The notes below the pieces were generated by a model, which was not told the origin of the DNA, did not search any database, and saw only the letters and a list, made by a program, of their open reading frames with translations. This document shows, one piece after another, positions 28,282 through 37,385 of a stretch of 64,000 nt of DNA. The stretch spans positions 1 to 64,000 of the IMG/VR virus record IMGVR_UViG_3300046513_000348. One strand, given 5' to 3'. A program made the position numbers and the translations under genes. The number at the start of each line of letters is the position of its first letter. Positions within the stretch are counted from its first letter, which is position 1.

Positions 28282-29085
28282 TTATTTACGCAGGTGTTCC
28301 GGAACTTCAGGCTTACCGTAGCCGTTGTCGTAGAACATCTTGATGAATGCTTTCAGCTGCGGTTCCTTACGCGCAAGATCCCTAAGGGAAGTCCACCCTT
28401 CGTTACGGAAAGTGCGAATAATGTTTACCATCGCTGGCATTACCTTGACGTTCTCGAACTTGTCTTCCTTGACCTGCACCGAGATGTCGTCCGGGACACC
28501 CCCGAGACTGAAGGTAACCCGCACGAGATTTTCCATGGGGTAGTAGTTCAGCGAACGTGGAGTCTTGTAAGACAGGTCTTCCGGATCATCGTGGAACCGG
28601 GTATAGACCGACATACGGTTGTACTGGTAGTTGGTTTCCACCAGTTGTTCATGCAGACTCGGCGTGTTCAGCAGGTCATGCAAGGACTCAAGCAGGCGAA
28701 GAATCGGATGCTGGAACACCTCCTTGGAATCGAAAGTCTTTTCGACCATGCCGGAGTCTATCGAGAAAGACGCTTGACGCGATGCATGCAGAGGACCATT
28801 GTAAAGATTGGCCAGGTACTGCAAGCGAATGGCTTTCGACGAATTACCCATCGGTCCAGTCCAGACCAAGAAGAGTTCATTCGGTACCACAATGGCGTCA
28901 CCTCGCTTACGGCAAGGGATCTCGATGTATGCCCCGGCATTCGGATTGGGAACGTCATTTGCGTTTGCCACGTAATACGCTTCCTTCTCGGACCGTACAT
29001 CCAAGAGGATAACGCCTTCACCACCACCCTTGATGTCGAAACGACGGATGACTTGGAAGAACATGGCTGGTTTAGGTTGATTCAT
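28282..29085 (-). CDS. Hypothetical protein
   Basis: 267 aa, GGAG RBS. Confidence 0.75.
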   Translation of the reverse strand: MNQPKPAMFFQVIRRFDIKGGGEGVILLDVRSEKEAYYVANANDVPNPNAGAYIEIPCRKRGDAIVVPNELFLVWTGPMGNSSKAIRLQYLANLYNGPLHASRQASFSIDSGMVEKTFDSKEVFQHPILRLLESLHDLLNTPSLHEQLVETNYQYNRMSVYTRFHDDPEDLSYKTPRSLNYYPMENLVRVTFSLGGVPDDISVQVKEDKFENVKVMPAMVNIIRTFRNEGWTSLRDLARKEPQLKAFIKMFYDNGYGKPEVPEHLRK

Positions 29086-29167
29086 TTTAAAAACTCCAAT
29101 TAAGATTGCGTCCTAGCGTAGGACAAGGGGACCGCCTCATAACCCAGAGGCTAACGGGTATTGCTCT

Positions 29168-29653
29168 TTACAGCTCAACGAAGTCGATCGTGGGTGGTCG
29201 ACGAACCGATGCAGCCCAGTCACTGGAACGATGAAGCTTCTGTCGAAGTTGCGATTCGATGATCGTCTTTCGTTCACGTTCGTTGTAGTACAGTTTCGGG
29301 ATATGGAATTTGCATTCCACTGTTACGTTGTCGACCGACACCAAGGCATGCACTGGCAGCATGTGATCGTAACGACCCATGATGCTGACGTCGTTCATGA
29401 CCTCGGCCCACTTGAGCATGTTATTGCGAGTGGTGACCAGGTACATGAAAGCCGGATCATGGGCCGGCGTAAATTGAAGAATGTCGTCGTTCTCTTCCGC
29501 CAGTCGCATTGCTTCGTCGTAGGTTAGTCCGCCGTAGTCCTTCTCCATGAGGGTCTTCGTCAGACGAGCTTTCAAGGACTGTTCTTGAATACCGACTCCG
29601 CGGTCTTCGATGAGGTCCTTGAGCTTTTGTTCTTGAACACTGAGAGCAGTCAT
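29168..29653 (-). CDS. Hypothetical protein
   Basis: 161 aa from ATG 29653 (MTALSV), coupled to the upstream stop (TGATATG). Confidence 0.7.
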   Translation of the reverse strand: MTALSVQEQKLKDLIEDRGVGIQEQSLKARLTKTLMEKDYGGLTYDEAMRLAEENDDILQFTPAHDPAFMYLVTTRNNMLKWAEVMNDVSIMGRYDHMLPVHALVSVDNVTVECKFHIPKLYYNERERKTIIESQLRQKLHRSSDWAASVRRPPTIDFVEL

Positions 29654-29654
29654 A

Positions 29655-30344
29655 TCACTTCTCGAAGAAAGAGTAGAGGCTCGCCGACAGATCTTCTTTT
29701 TCCATGTCGCCGATTTCGTACTCGTTGTAAAAGTTCGTTGCAGTACGAAGCATCTCTTGTTGAGGCGCATTCGAATTACGACGTTTGCCGTAGAAGGACA
29801 GTGCCGTTTGTTCCGGCGGGTCCATATTTTCAAAAGCCTGCAAGAGACGGCCATTTGCAGGATGTTCGTAGAAGCCGAGTGGCTTCATGTCTTCGATGCA
29901 ATCGATCGCCACTACCATACGCTGGCCTTGTCGGTTCGTTGCCAACTGCACGCAAACAGCAGTCAGGTTCAGATCCGCAAATGCTTCCAGGTTGTTGCTG
30001 GAACGCAGGAAGTCGAAGAGAGTACGCAACAGAATCGATGAGTCACCGCATGGTGCCACATACGCCACTCCTTCGAAGTCGTTCAGGTGATCGTCAACGA
30101 AGTTGTATTGCAATGGAATTTCGTAAAAGAAGGGTTTGAAGTTGCTCCTGTTTTCTTTGACGAAGTAGGAACCGAAAGGCCCTACTGCGAGGAATTGGTT
30201 TTTCAACATCTCGATGATTGTTTTCAATTCATCCGAGATGGGTTTCTTGCCAGAACGATAAAGCCACCATTCGATTTCTCGACGGTTAACTTCCGAGGTC
30301 ATTTCGTCATATCGTTCTTTGTGTTGCGACCCTAAGAGCGACAT
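29655..30344 (-). CDS. Hypothetical early protein
   Basis: 229 aa from ATG 30344 (MSLLGS), GGAG RBS, downstream of a TATATTAC promoter. Confidence 0.7.
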   Translation of the reverse strand: MSLLGSQHKERYDEMTSEVNRREIEWWLYRSGKKPISDELKTIIEMLKNQFLAVGPFGSYFVKENRSNFKPFFYEIPLQYNFVDDHLNDFEGVAYVAPCGDSSILLRTLFDFLRSSNNLEAFADLNLTAVCVQLATNRQGQRMVVAIDCIEDMKPLGFYEHPANGRLLQAFENMDPPEQTALSFYGKRRNSNAPQQEMLRTATNFYNEYEIGDMEKEDLSASLYSFFEK

Positions 30345-30386
30345 ACATTCTCCAAATTGGTGTACAACTAATAGTACTGCACGGTT

Positions 30387-30411
30387 GTAATATATTTGTT
30401 CAATTAATTTC
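30387..30411 (-). promoter_or_regulatory. Early (virion RNAP-type) promoter
   Basis: Exact TATATTAC (30394-30387), the phiKZ early consensus, with upstream GAAATT. Confidence 0.7.
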
Positions 30412-30465
30412 AAAAAAAAAGATCCCGTCGTACTGACCGGGATCAAACGGATAAACCGTAAGTGC

Positions 30466-31068
30466 TTACAGGCCCGACACTGCGAGGTCGCGGCCGAGCG
30501 AAGCGCCGCTTTCCAGGCGACCATGCGGGACGAGAATCTCGTCGTCGTTGCGATCGTAATCGAAGCCAATGAGGCTGCACATCATGACCTTGTCGTGATT
30601 GTTGCCGTCTTTCCATTCCGGCGACATGCGCAATGCACGGCGCATATTGTCATGTGCCAGCAAGCCGATCTTGGTAACCTTGGCGTTGTCCGGCGTCTGC
30701 TGATAGAACACGACGTTGTGGCCTGGCAGGCCGACCAGGATATAGACGTCGCGCTTGTTCACGCGATCGTTAATGCCCACGGTATAGCCCGGCCCGACGA
30801 TGCCGCCGTGCTGGTCGATGAAGGTCCCGTTGCGGAACTGCATGTAGATGTTTTCCAGATTCTCTTTCGAGTCCGGATTGGCGAGATCGAAATCCGTCAG
30901 CTCGAGATGGTAGTCAGCCATCATGGTGCCGAGACCGAGGGCATGTGCCAGCGAAGCGACGTTGTCGCCCATCTTCGAACGATATTCTTCCATGTAGACG
31001 ACGACGCGTTGCGAGTCCATCGGAGCGACGTTGAAGATGATCGGGTCTTGTTGGGTATTGATGTTCAT
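30466..31068 (-). CDS. Hypothetical early protein, paralog family A
   Basis: 200 aa; LGTMMADY; aligns by eye with 31141-31749. Confidence 0.75.
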   Translation of the reverse strand: MNINTQQDPIIFNVAPMDSQRVVVYMEEYRSKMGDNVASLAHALGLGTMMADYHLELTDFDLANPDSKENLENIYMQFRNGTFIDQHGGIVGPGYTVGINDRVNKRDVYILVGLPGHNVVFYQQTPDNAKVTKIGLLAHDNMRRALRMSPEWKDGNNHDKVMMCSLIGFDYDRNDDEILVPHGRLESGASLGRDLAVSGL

Positions 31069-31140
31069 GGTGTTTCCTTATAAAAAAGTTGTGGTAGGGG
31101 ACCGAAGTCCCCCGTTTTCAAAAGGTGCTACAGGTAAAGC

Positions 31141-31749
31141 TTATTCGACGACTTCGGCGGCATGCGGGATCAGTTGATCGCGATACGACTTGAACCAGTT
31201 GGCGACGCGTCTGGTCGGAACGATGATGCTGTTCGAATGGCGATCGAACTCGAATCCGAACAGGCGAGCCGCATGCAGAAGGTCATGGATGTTCGATTCT
31301 TCCCAGACGGGATTCATGCCGAGGATGCCCTGGACATTCACCTTCGAAGTTGCGATGATGGTCGCTCGCTGATGTCGATCGTTCTTCGAGATCTTGTCGT
31401 GCACGACGATGTTCAGCCCCGGCTCGAGAACCACGACAAAGATGCGACGGTCAGTTGCCGGATCCCACAACGCAATACCGCTGTTGACTGGCACCATGAT
31501 GCCGTTTGCGTCGACGAAGATTGCCGACTGGAGCGGGTTGAAATAACCGGTACCATTGGTACGATCTGCCTTCAGGAACTCGTCTTTAGTTACGACGTAG
31601 TCGGCGTGGAGGCGCGCCATGTTGAAGAAAAGATCCAGCGACGTAAGACGATCGCCAGCACCACAGATGCGAATGTTCATCGCTTTCTCGATCTCGACAT
31701 CGGAAGTGGTGGCGACGTAGATAACGTTTTGTGCGGTAAGTGCGTTCAT
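31141..31749 (-). CDS. Hypothetical early protein, paralog family A
   Basis: 202 aa from ATG 31749; MARLHADY; GFEFDRHSNSIIVP versus GFDYDRNDDEILVP in the neighbour. Confidence 0.75.
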   Translation of the reverse strand: MNALTAQNVIYVATTSDVEIEKAMNIRICGAGDRLTSLDLFFNMARLHADYVVTKDEFLKADRTNGTGYFNPLQSAIFVDANGIMVPVNSGIALWDPATDRRIFVVVLEPGLNIVVHDKISKNDRHQRATIIATSKVNVQGILGMNPVWEESNIHDLLHAARLFGFEFDRHSNSIIVPTRRVANWFKSYRDQLIPHAAEVVE

Positions 31750-31825
31750 AGAGAACTCCAAGGTTTAACTGCGGAACTACGATTTTAAAAGCTCCGAACT
31801 AACCAAAACTAAAGCTAGCTCATGA

Positions 31826-31854
31826 GTAGGATATATTGCTGAAATTTTCTATAG
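31826..31854 (-). promoter_or_regulatory. Early promoter variant
   Basis: CTATAGAAAATTTCAGCAATATATCCTAC, same architecture as the other early promoters. Confidence 0.55.
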
Positions 31855-31855
31855 C

Positions 31856-32425
31856 TCAGCTTTTATTGTTCTTAGGACGAAATCCCCAGATGTACTTTTC
31901 CGGCACTTGGTAGTGCTCGATCGTATTAGGAACATGACACAGGTTCATCTCGGTACCAAGCATGATGCGGTCATACTTGTCTTTATTGTTAAGTTCATTT
32001 GCCAAATCGTAAGAAGTATAACTGGCATTGGGACCAACGGCAAGGATAACGTTCTTCTTATCCTTCAGACCTTCCACGGTACTGTAAGTTACAAAGATTG
32101 TCCCACTGGCGGTCAGCGATACGAATGCCTGAATTCCTAATACCGGGTGATGAACGGCAATCGATTCGGCTCCCTCCAGAACGGTTTTCTGTTCGGTCAC
32201 ATAAGTGCCTAGGACAAGAGCGCTGAGGAACTTTTCTTTCGTGAGCGAATAGAGAATATGATTTTCGTCAACGACAATCTCATAGTCAGCATTTAACATG
32301 CCGAGAGAGAAAATGTCGTTAACACCCGTTACCTTATCGCCATGTTCTTTGCGGAAGGCTTCGAGATTTTTATCGGCTTTGTTCTGATCCAACGGCTTAA
32401 CGTAAAAATGCAAACGGACTGACAT
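31856..32425 (-). CDS. Hypothetical early protein, paralog family A (distant)
   Basis: 189 aa from ATG 32425 (AAGGAG RBS); DIFSLGMLNADYEIVV. Confidence 0.7.
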   Translation of the reverse strand: MSVRLHFYVKPLDQNKADKNLEAFRKEHGDKVTGVNDIFSLGMLNADYEIVVDENHILYSLTKEKFLSALVLGTYVTEQKTVLEGAESIAVHHPVLGIQAFVSLTASGTIFVTYSTVEGLKDKKNVILAVGPNASYTSYDLANELNNKDKYDRIMLGTEMNLCHVPNTIEHYQVPEKYIWGFRPKNNKS

Positions 32426-32494
32426 GTTGTTCTCCTTTAATAAAAACAATAGACGCATTGATAAGGGCCACGAGGACCCTTGCCAATTAACCCA

Positions 32495-33280
32495 TTAGGA
32501 CCAAAGGCCTTCTTCGCGCAGCTTCTCCATCGCTACGCCACCGGCATACTCGACATCGACATCGAGCACGTAGACGTTACGCTTGGTCGGATCGAAGTTC
32601 TCGCTGAGGAAAGCGTCCTTGAACTGCTCGAAAGGAATCCCGTGGTAGGTTGCAATACTCGGCGGATTCTCTTCGTCGCCCATCCACAGGGTCACGTAGA
32701 TCTGCTTCTCCTTGTCGCCCATGAAGCGATGCTTGGGATGATCAGGAATCTTCTTCCAGAGCATACCGAAGCGTTCGATGAAGCGACCGGTCTCGCCATG
32801 CGGTTCGACTCGCGGGAAGACGAACAACGAAGGTTCGCGAACCCTGAAGTTCTCTGCACGGAAAATCGGCTTCAGTTTCGACACTGGCGAAATGTCGACT
32901 TTGACTTCGGCCGGAGGCGGCGGCAGTTCAGCAGAGAACTGGGCCGCGAATTGATCACCCAGCCACTTCACCACAGGCGAATTCATGTCAAGCTTCCGTG
33001 GTGCCGGTACTTCCCCACTGGCTAGCATTTCCTTAGCAGCAGTCGAAGCGACATCGCTTGCAGCCATCAAGACATGTTGCTCGTAAATAGCGAGCTTCAG
33101 ATCGTCCGGGTACAGCGGACCCACGTACAGCTCTTGCAGGATCTTGATGCGCTCGATACCGATCTCGGAGATCGGAGTCATTGCGTTCAGGCCCAGTTTG
33201 TTACCTTCAACGCACCAGCCAAAGATCATATCTTTAGCCATGAAGACATCATTACCAATTGCGTAAACAGTTGCGTTCAT
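32495..33280 (-). CDS. Hypothetical early protein
   Basis: 261 aa from ATG 33280 (GGAG RBS). Confidence 0.7.
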   Translation of the reverse strand: MNATVYAIGNDVFMAKDMIFGWCVEGNKLGLNAMTPISEIGIERIKILQELYVGPLYPDDLKLAIYEQHVLMAASDVASTAAKEMLASGEVPAPRKLDMNSPVVKWLGDQFAAQFSAELPPPPAEVKVDISPVSKLKPIFRAENFRVREPSLFVFPRVEPHGETGRFIERFGMLWKKIPDHPKHRFMGDKEKQIYVTLWMGDEENPPSIATYHGIPFEQFKDAFLSENFDPTKRNVYVLDVDVEYAGGVAMEKLREEGLWS

Positions 33281-33339
33281 TCTTTTTCTCCAAACAAAAT
33301 TGTGAGCGGGGACCGAGGTCCCCATTTTTGATAAGACGT

Positions 33340-34083
33340 TTATTCGTCGGGCTGGACGAACGGGAATGCCTTGGCGGCGAGTTCCTGCATTTGCTTTCGA
33401 GCCTCGGACAATTCCACGGGTGCGGGATCGAGCGGTTTAGTTGCCAGCTGCATATCGTGCGGCCGATTCTGATTGCGATCAAAATCCTTGAGGATCTTCG
33501 CACCAATGACTTCGCGAACGGGCGTGTCCGGATGCTGGGCCGGAATCTCCAGCTGGTAGTCAGCACGCTCTTGCTTGCCCAGTTGCAGCGCGTCAATCAG
33601 CGTTCCAAGATCTTCCTGCTCGGTAGCTGACAGTCGGTACAGCTTCTCGTAAAAGCCGACTCGAACCATCGCGACATCGCGCGCTGGCCTGATTGCCTGA
33701 ATGACAAACTCCTCCTCTTCAGCATCACGATGATTCGTGTGATACAGAACAAAGACTTCACCATCCTTGCGAACATGCACAAAAATGTGCTTGCCGGTAT
33801 TCTGATGATGGATGCCGATGGTCGAATTCGGCTTTATCGGATCACCCGATTCTTCGAAGTAATCTGCCGTTGCCAGAAGCGTCAGCAGCTGCTCGAGGTC
33901 CAGCGGGCCCAGGGTGTCGTGTTTACCAATTCGTACTTCGTAGTTCGCCATCAGCAGGCCGATGCCATAGATGTCGCACATGCGAACGACGGTATTGCCG
34001 TATTCACGACGCAGCTCGGTCAGGCGGGCAGTTGCCAGATCCGGGTTGGTTTTGAAAGCAATAACGATGTTTGGCTGATTCAT
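33340..34083 (-). CDS. Hypothetical early protein, paralog family A (distant)
   Basis: 247 aa; DIYGIGLLMANYEVRI and IGIHHQNTGKHIFVHV match 31856-32425. Confidence 0.7.
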   Translation of the reverse strand: MNQPNIVIAFKTNPDLATARLTELRREYGNTVVRMCDIYGIGLLMANYEVRIGKHDTLGPLDLEQLLTLLATADYFEESGDPIKPNSTIGIHHQNTGKHIFVHVRKDGEVFVLYHTNHRDAEEEEFVIQAIRPARDVAMVRVGFYEKLYRLSATEQEDLGTLIDALQLGKQERADYQLEIPAQHPDTPVREVIGAKILKDFDRNQNRPHDMQLATKPLDPAPVELSEARKQMQELAAKAFPFVQPDE

Positions 34084-34142
34084 GTTTTTTCTCCTGAGTT
34101 AGATGCGGGGGCCGAAGCCCCCATTTTAAAAAGTTTTGCTAC

Positions 34143-34340
34143 TTAGAACGCTTTCGCGATCTTGAGCAGTTTGTTAATCCGCTCGATTCGGCGATTGATC
34201 TTTCTCAGTTCTCTCCGATATGCTACTTCAGTGAGAATGTAACCTTCGCCTAGCAGAGTGATCTTATCCAACTCTGCCCTATGCAGGTCTTTCAACCACT
34301 GCGCGATTCGCTCGTGCAGTCTTTTACTTCTGAAGAACAT
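34143..34340 (-). CDS. Small basic helical protein, paralog family B
   Basis: 65 aa, AGGAGG RBS; ILTEVAYRRELRKINRRIERINKLLKIAKAF. Confidence 0.7.
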   Translation of the reverse strand: MFFRSKRLHERIAQWLKDLHRAELDKITLLGEGYILTEVAYRRELRKINRRIERINKLLKIAKAF

Positions 34341-34838
34341 TCATCCTCCTTGTTTTTGGTCGGTATCGAAGACAGCCTTCGTTACATGCGACCTAAACAT
34401 GTTACCCAATTCCACGATCATTGACAAGTACTTTTCATCAATATCGCGAATTCTTTTGATGTCGTTGGGATTAGCAACGGCATCGAGAACGACGTCAAGA
34501 CACGCCCTGATTGCATTTGCAATCGGAGGATGCTTCGCCATTCGATCCCCGGCCATTAGGAGTTTGGCCCCGTACAGTACGGAAGCATAGAAACTCCAAT
34601 CAGCATTCGTCCTCATGAGACGCTGGTATTCCATCTCCAGGTTCTCCGCCCGCAGTTGCAGGTTGAAGATGTCAGACTCTGTGAGTTTGGATGTACTCGT
34701 GACGGCTTCAATTTTAGCCAACCGATTATCCAGATCGGCCTGAGCTCTTTCCCTGGTGACTTTCCGAAACCGAAGTTCATAACTAACGAACTCCTGAATC
34801 AGCTCGTCTAACCTTGCTACGCTAACTCGACCGATCAT
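34341..34838 (-). CDS. Hypothetical helical protein
   Basis: 165 aa, directly abuts the downstream gene. Confidence 0.7.
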   Translation of the reverse strand: MIGRVSVARLDELIQEFVSYELRFRKVTRERAQADLDNRLAKIEAVTSTSKLTESDIFNLQLRAENLEMEYQRLMRTNADWSFYASVLYGAKLLMAGDRMAKHPPIANAIRACLDVVLDAVANPNDIKRIRDIDEKYLSMIVELGNMFRSHVTKAVFDTDQKQGG

Positions 34839-34870
34839 TTCTTTTCCCCTAAGACAAACGTCTGCAGAGC

Positions 34871-35089
34871 TTAAATAGCTTCTGCCATTTCCAGCAGTTT
34901 GTTAACGCGGTTCAGGCGATGCTTGATTGCAGCCATTGCGCGGTAGTATGTACGGTCGGTCAAGATCTCTGCTTTCTCGACCAGACGGAATTTCTCTTCG
35001 ATCAGCTTAGCGCGAATGTCCATGTACTTCTTAACGATGCGGGCTTTCTTTTCGTCGCTGTAGTAGAACTTAATGAGTGCTTTGAACAT
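34871..35089 (-). CDS. Small basic helical protein, paralog family B
   Basis: 72 aa from ATG 35089 (AAGGAG RBS); ILTDRTYYRAMAAIKHRLNRVNKLLEMAEAI. Confidence 0.7.
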   Translation of the reverse strand: MFKALIKFYYSDEKKARIVKKYMDIRAKLIEEKFRLVEKAEILTDRTYYRAMAAIKHRLNRVNKLLEMAEAI

Positions 35090-35161
35090 GGTAATCTCCT
35101 TGGTTATTGTTGCCATTGATGGCTAATTAGAATGCTTTCTTTCGACTAATGCCGAATGTCA

Positions 35162-35196
35162 CGATAACTATATATACTTGAAATTCTTTATAGTTC
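35162..35196 (-). promoter_or_regulatory. Early promoter variant heading the accessory gene cluster
   Basis: GAACTATAAAGAATTTCAAGTATATATAGTTATCG, near-identical to 55683-55717. Confidence 0.6.
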
Positions 35197-35223
35197 GATA
35201 ATTTACAGCAAAAAAAATAGCAC

Positions 35224-35249
35224 ACTCCCAGGGCTTTCGCCCTGGGAGT
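35224..35249 (-). terminator. Hairpin terminator after the helicase
   Basis: 11-bp perfect stem, GAAA loop on minus, downstream T7. Confidence 0.75.
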
Positions 35250-35256
35250 ATATGCT

Positions 35257-36846
35257 TTATGCAGCGCCTAGAGAGACGTTGTGCTGTGCGTTCGATATGG
35301 ACACGACTTTGTCCTTCAGTAACTCCAGCTTAGACCGGTGATACCGCTTGTGCTTATCGAAGTTATCGCAGACGAACCAGACGAAGGTAGGAACACGATC
35401 GAGCCCATACAGCTTCTTGATGTCACGGAGACGACCAGCGCCTTGCAAAACGGCCTGGACAGAATCAATGGCAACCGTCATAATGACAGTGGTCAAGTAA
35501 GGGATGTCGATCGCAGTACCAGCTTTACCCAGTGTAGCGAAACACAGGTCGGATTCCGTGATGTTCTTTAACGGATCGCCCTGATTGTACTTGTTGATTT
35601 TCAAATGAGGTAAGAGCTGCTTGAAGAAAGCCATTGCATCCTCGCACATCTTCCTGGTAGCGAAGTAAACCAAGCAGCGCTCGGGATCCTTACGTTCCAC
35701 CATGTACGTACGACGCATGACCTCGTAGATCATCAGGAAGTATTCTTTCGTCAACTTGCCCGAACGCATGATCGACTTCTCGAACTCGACGTGGGCGTAT
35801 GAACTACGACCACGAGAAGTTGTCTTAATTCGTTCCGGATACATGAAGTCAAAGTGCCAGCTAAGACCGCGCATGTATTTGCGATACTCAGGCACCTTCA
35901 TCCAGGTAGCATCCGGATAAGCCAGCTTGTACATCTTTTTCAAGTACTCACTCTTGGTCACCAGAGTAGCCGAAAGCGAGAGTGATTGCTCGACGTGAGT
36001 AATCAGGTCGAAGCGGAAGTTTGCGAGGAAATCCTGGTGCACTTCGTCAATGGCTCGGAAGCCGAAGCCACACCACTGCATGAACTCCCATGGGAAACAC
36101 GGATAACCAGGAACGACTTCGCCAGGAGGCATCTTTTCCTGTTCAGCAATCCAGTTACGGAAGGTAGCGTTCGAGATCAGAACGATGTCGTAATCCCGCC
36201 AACCACCATGGAATCCGTGGAGCAAGTCTTTCAACTGCTCACTGCCCATGACTGTACCGATTCGGTCCAGTTCGATGTCCAACGTTTTGGCAATGTCGCC
36301 GACCCACTTGTCGATGTAGCCTGGCTTCATCAGGTATACCGAACGGTAGCCCCAATGGTGAGCTGCTACTAGAGATAGATAAGATTTACCTCCGCCAGTC
36401 TGAAGGGGCAAGAGCTTCGAGATTGGACCAGGTGCACAGATCTGTGGTATGATAGGTTCTTGTTCAGGGAACGGTTTAAAGTGAGGTTTGATTTTGAATT
36501 CAACCTTCACTGGTTCGTAAATAGGCTCGGTGGTATACTCGATGTCCTCTGTACGAACATGCTCCTTTTCCAGAAGCTGTTTAAAATGGGGTAACGAATT
36601 GATGTGGAAACGGTATTCGAGTTTTGGATCTTTCCAATCCACTTCCTCGACGTCTGCTTGTGGGTATGAGAAGCTTTGTTTGTACTGCCGCTCCCAACTA
36701 CCACCTGCTTCGACCATTTCATATTCGTCGAACCAACTGGCGAAACGCTCAATGACAGAGCGTAACGCCTTAGGTATCGCAGTAACACTGAAGTTATGCG
36801 AGTAGATCCTGACTTGCAATTTATCCACTTGTAAAACCTCATACAT
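35257..36846 (-). CDS. SF2 DExH helicase (phiKZ gp75-like)
   Basis: Walker A LQTGGGKS, DEVH, SAT, QGAGRLR. Confidence 0.9.
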   Translation of the reverse strand: MYEVLQVDKLQVRIYSHNFSVTAIPKALRSVIERFASWFDEYEMVEAGGSWERQYKQSFSYPQADVEEVDWKDPKLEYRFHINSLPHFKQLLEKEHVRTEDIEYTTEPIYEPVKVEFKIKPHFKPFPEQEPIIPQICAPGPISKLLPLQTGGGKSYLSLVAAHHWGYRSVYLMKPGYIDKWVGDIAKTLDIELDRIGTVMGSEQLKDLLHGFHGGWRDYDIVLISNATFRNWIAEQEKMPPGEVVPGYPCFPWEFMQWCGFGFRAIDEVHQDFLANFRFDLITHVEQSLSLSATLVTKSEYLKKMYKLAYPDATWMKVPEYRKYMRGLSWHFDFMYPERIKTTSRGRSSYAHVEFEKSIMRSGKLTKEYFLMIYEVMRRTYMVERKDPERCLVYFATRKMCEDAMAFFKQLLPHLKINKYNQGDPLKNITESDLCFATLGKAGTAIDIPYLTTVIMTVAIDSVQAVLQGAGRLRDIKKLYGLDRVPTFVWFVCDNFDKHKRYHRSKLELLKDKVVSISNAQHNVSLGAA

Positions 36847-36883
36847 AGGGCCATAGTCAAAGGATCAGGCCCTTGACTCGGTT

Positions 36884-37327
36884 TTAATCTTCTTTTGCTT
36901 GTGGTTTCTTTTCGTAAAGCCGGTCGCAATCCTCGAACATTAATTTGACTTTGGGAAGATCTTCGCCCAGGATTTCATCCAATTTGTAAGCATTCGGATC
37001 TTTCATTCCGAGATTAAGCATTCGATAAGCGGACATTGGATTGGTCGGATAGCGACCTTTAGCTGCGACGATCGTCAGTTCGCCACGACGGAAACCGCCA
37101 TCTGGAATTTGAGTGGCAGTCATCATTTCATCCAACGTCGGCAGCTTGTAAAGACATTCGGTAAGGGCTCGAATCGGAGAAATGTCCTCGACGTTCGGCA
37201 GCAAATCGATTTCCCTCTGCGTCACGCTTTCCGATGTTGGCGTGACGAATACAATCTTACTGTCCTTTGCAAACTGTCGCAAAGAATCCCACATAGTGTC
37301 ACCAGACACTTTCTTTTCGTTTTCCAT
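36884..37327 (-). CDS. Hypothetical protein with a DnaB/RecA-like GGFRRGEL segment but no Walker A
   Basis: 147 aa; IPDGGFRRGELTIVAAK is not followed by GKT/S. Confidence 0.55.
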   Translation of the reverse strand: MENEKKVSGDTMWDSLRQFAKDSKIVFVTPTSESVTQREIDLLPNVEDISPIRALTECLYKLPTLDEMMTATQIPDGGFRRGELTIVAAKGRYPTNPMSAYRMLNLGMKDPNAYKLDEILGEDLPKVKLMFEDCDRLYEKKPQAKED

Positions 37328-37385
37328 TTGTTCCTCGCAAACAAAAAAGAAAGAGGAGCCCGAAGGCCCCTCGATCTAACTGCTG

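Noticed and set aside
30345-30569. N-terminal extensions given by the ORF track (also for 29168, 31856, 32495, 34871, 45358 and 18691)
   Set aside because: They run through promoters or upstream genes, and better RBS-supported downstream starts exist.
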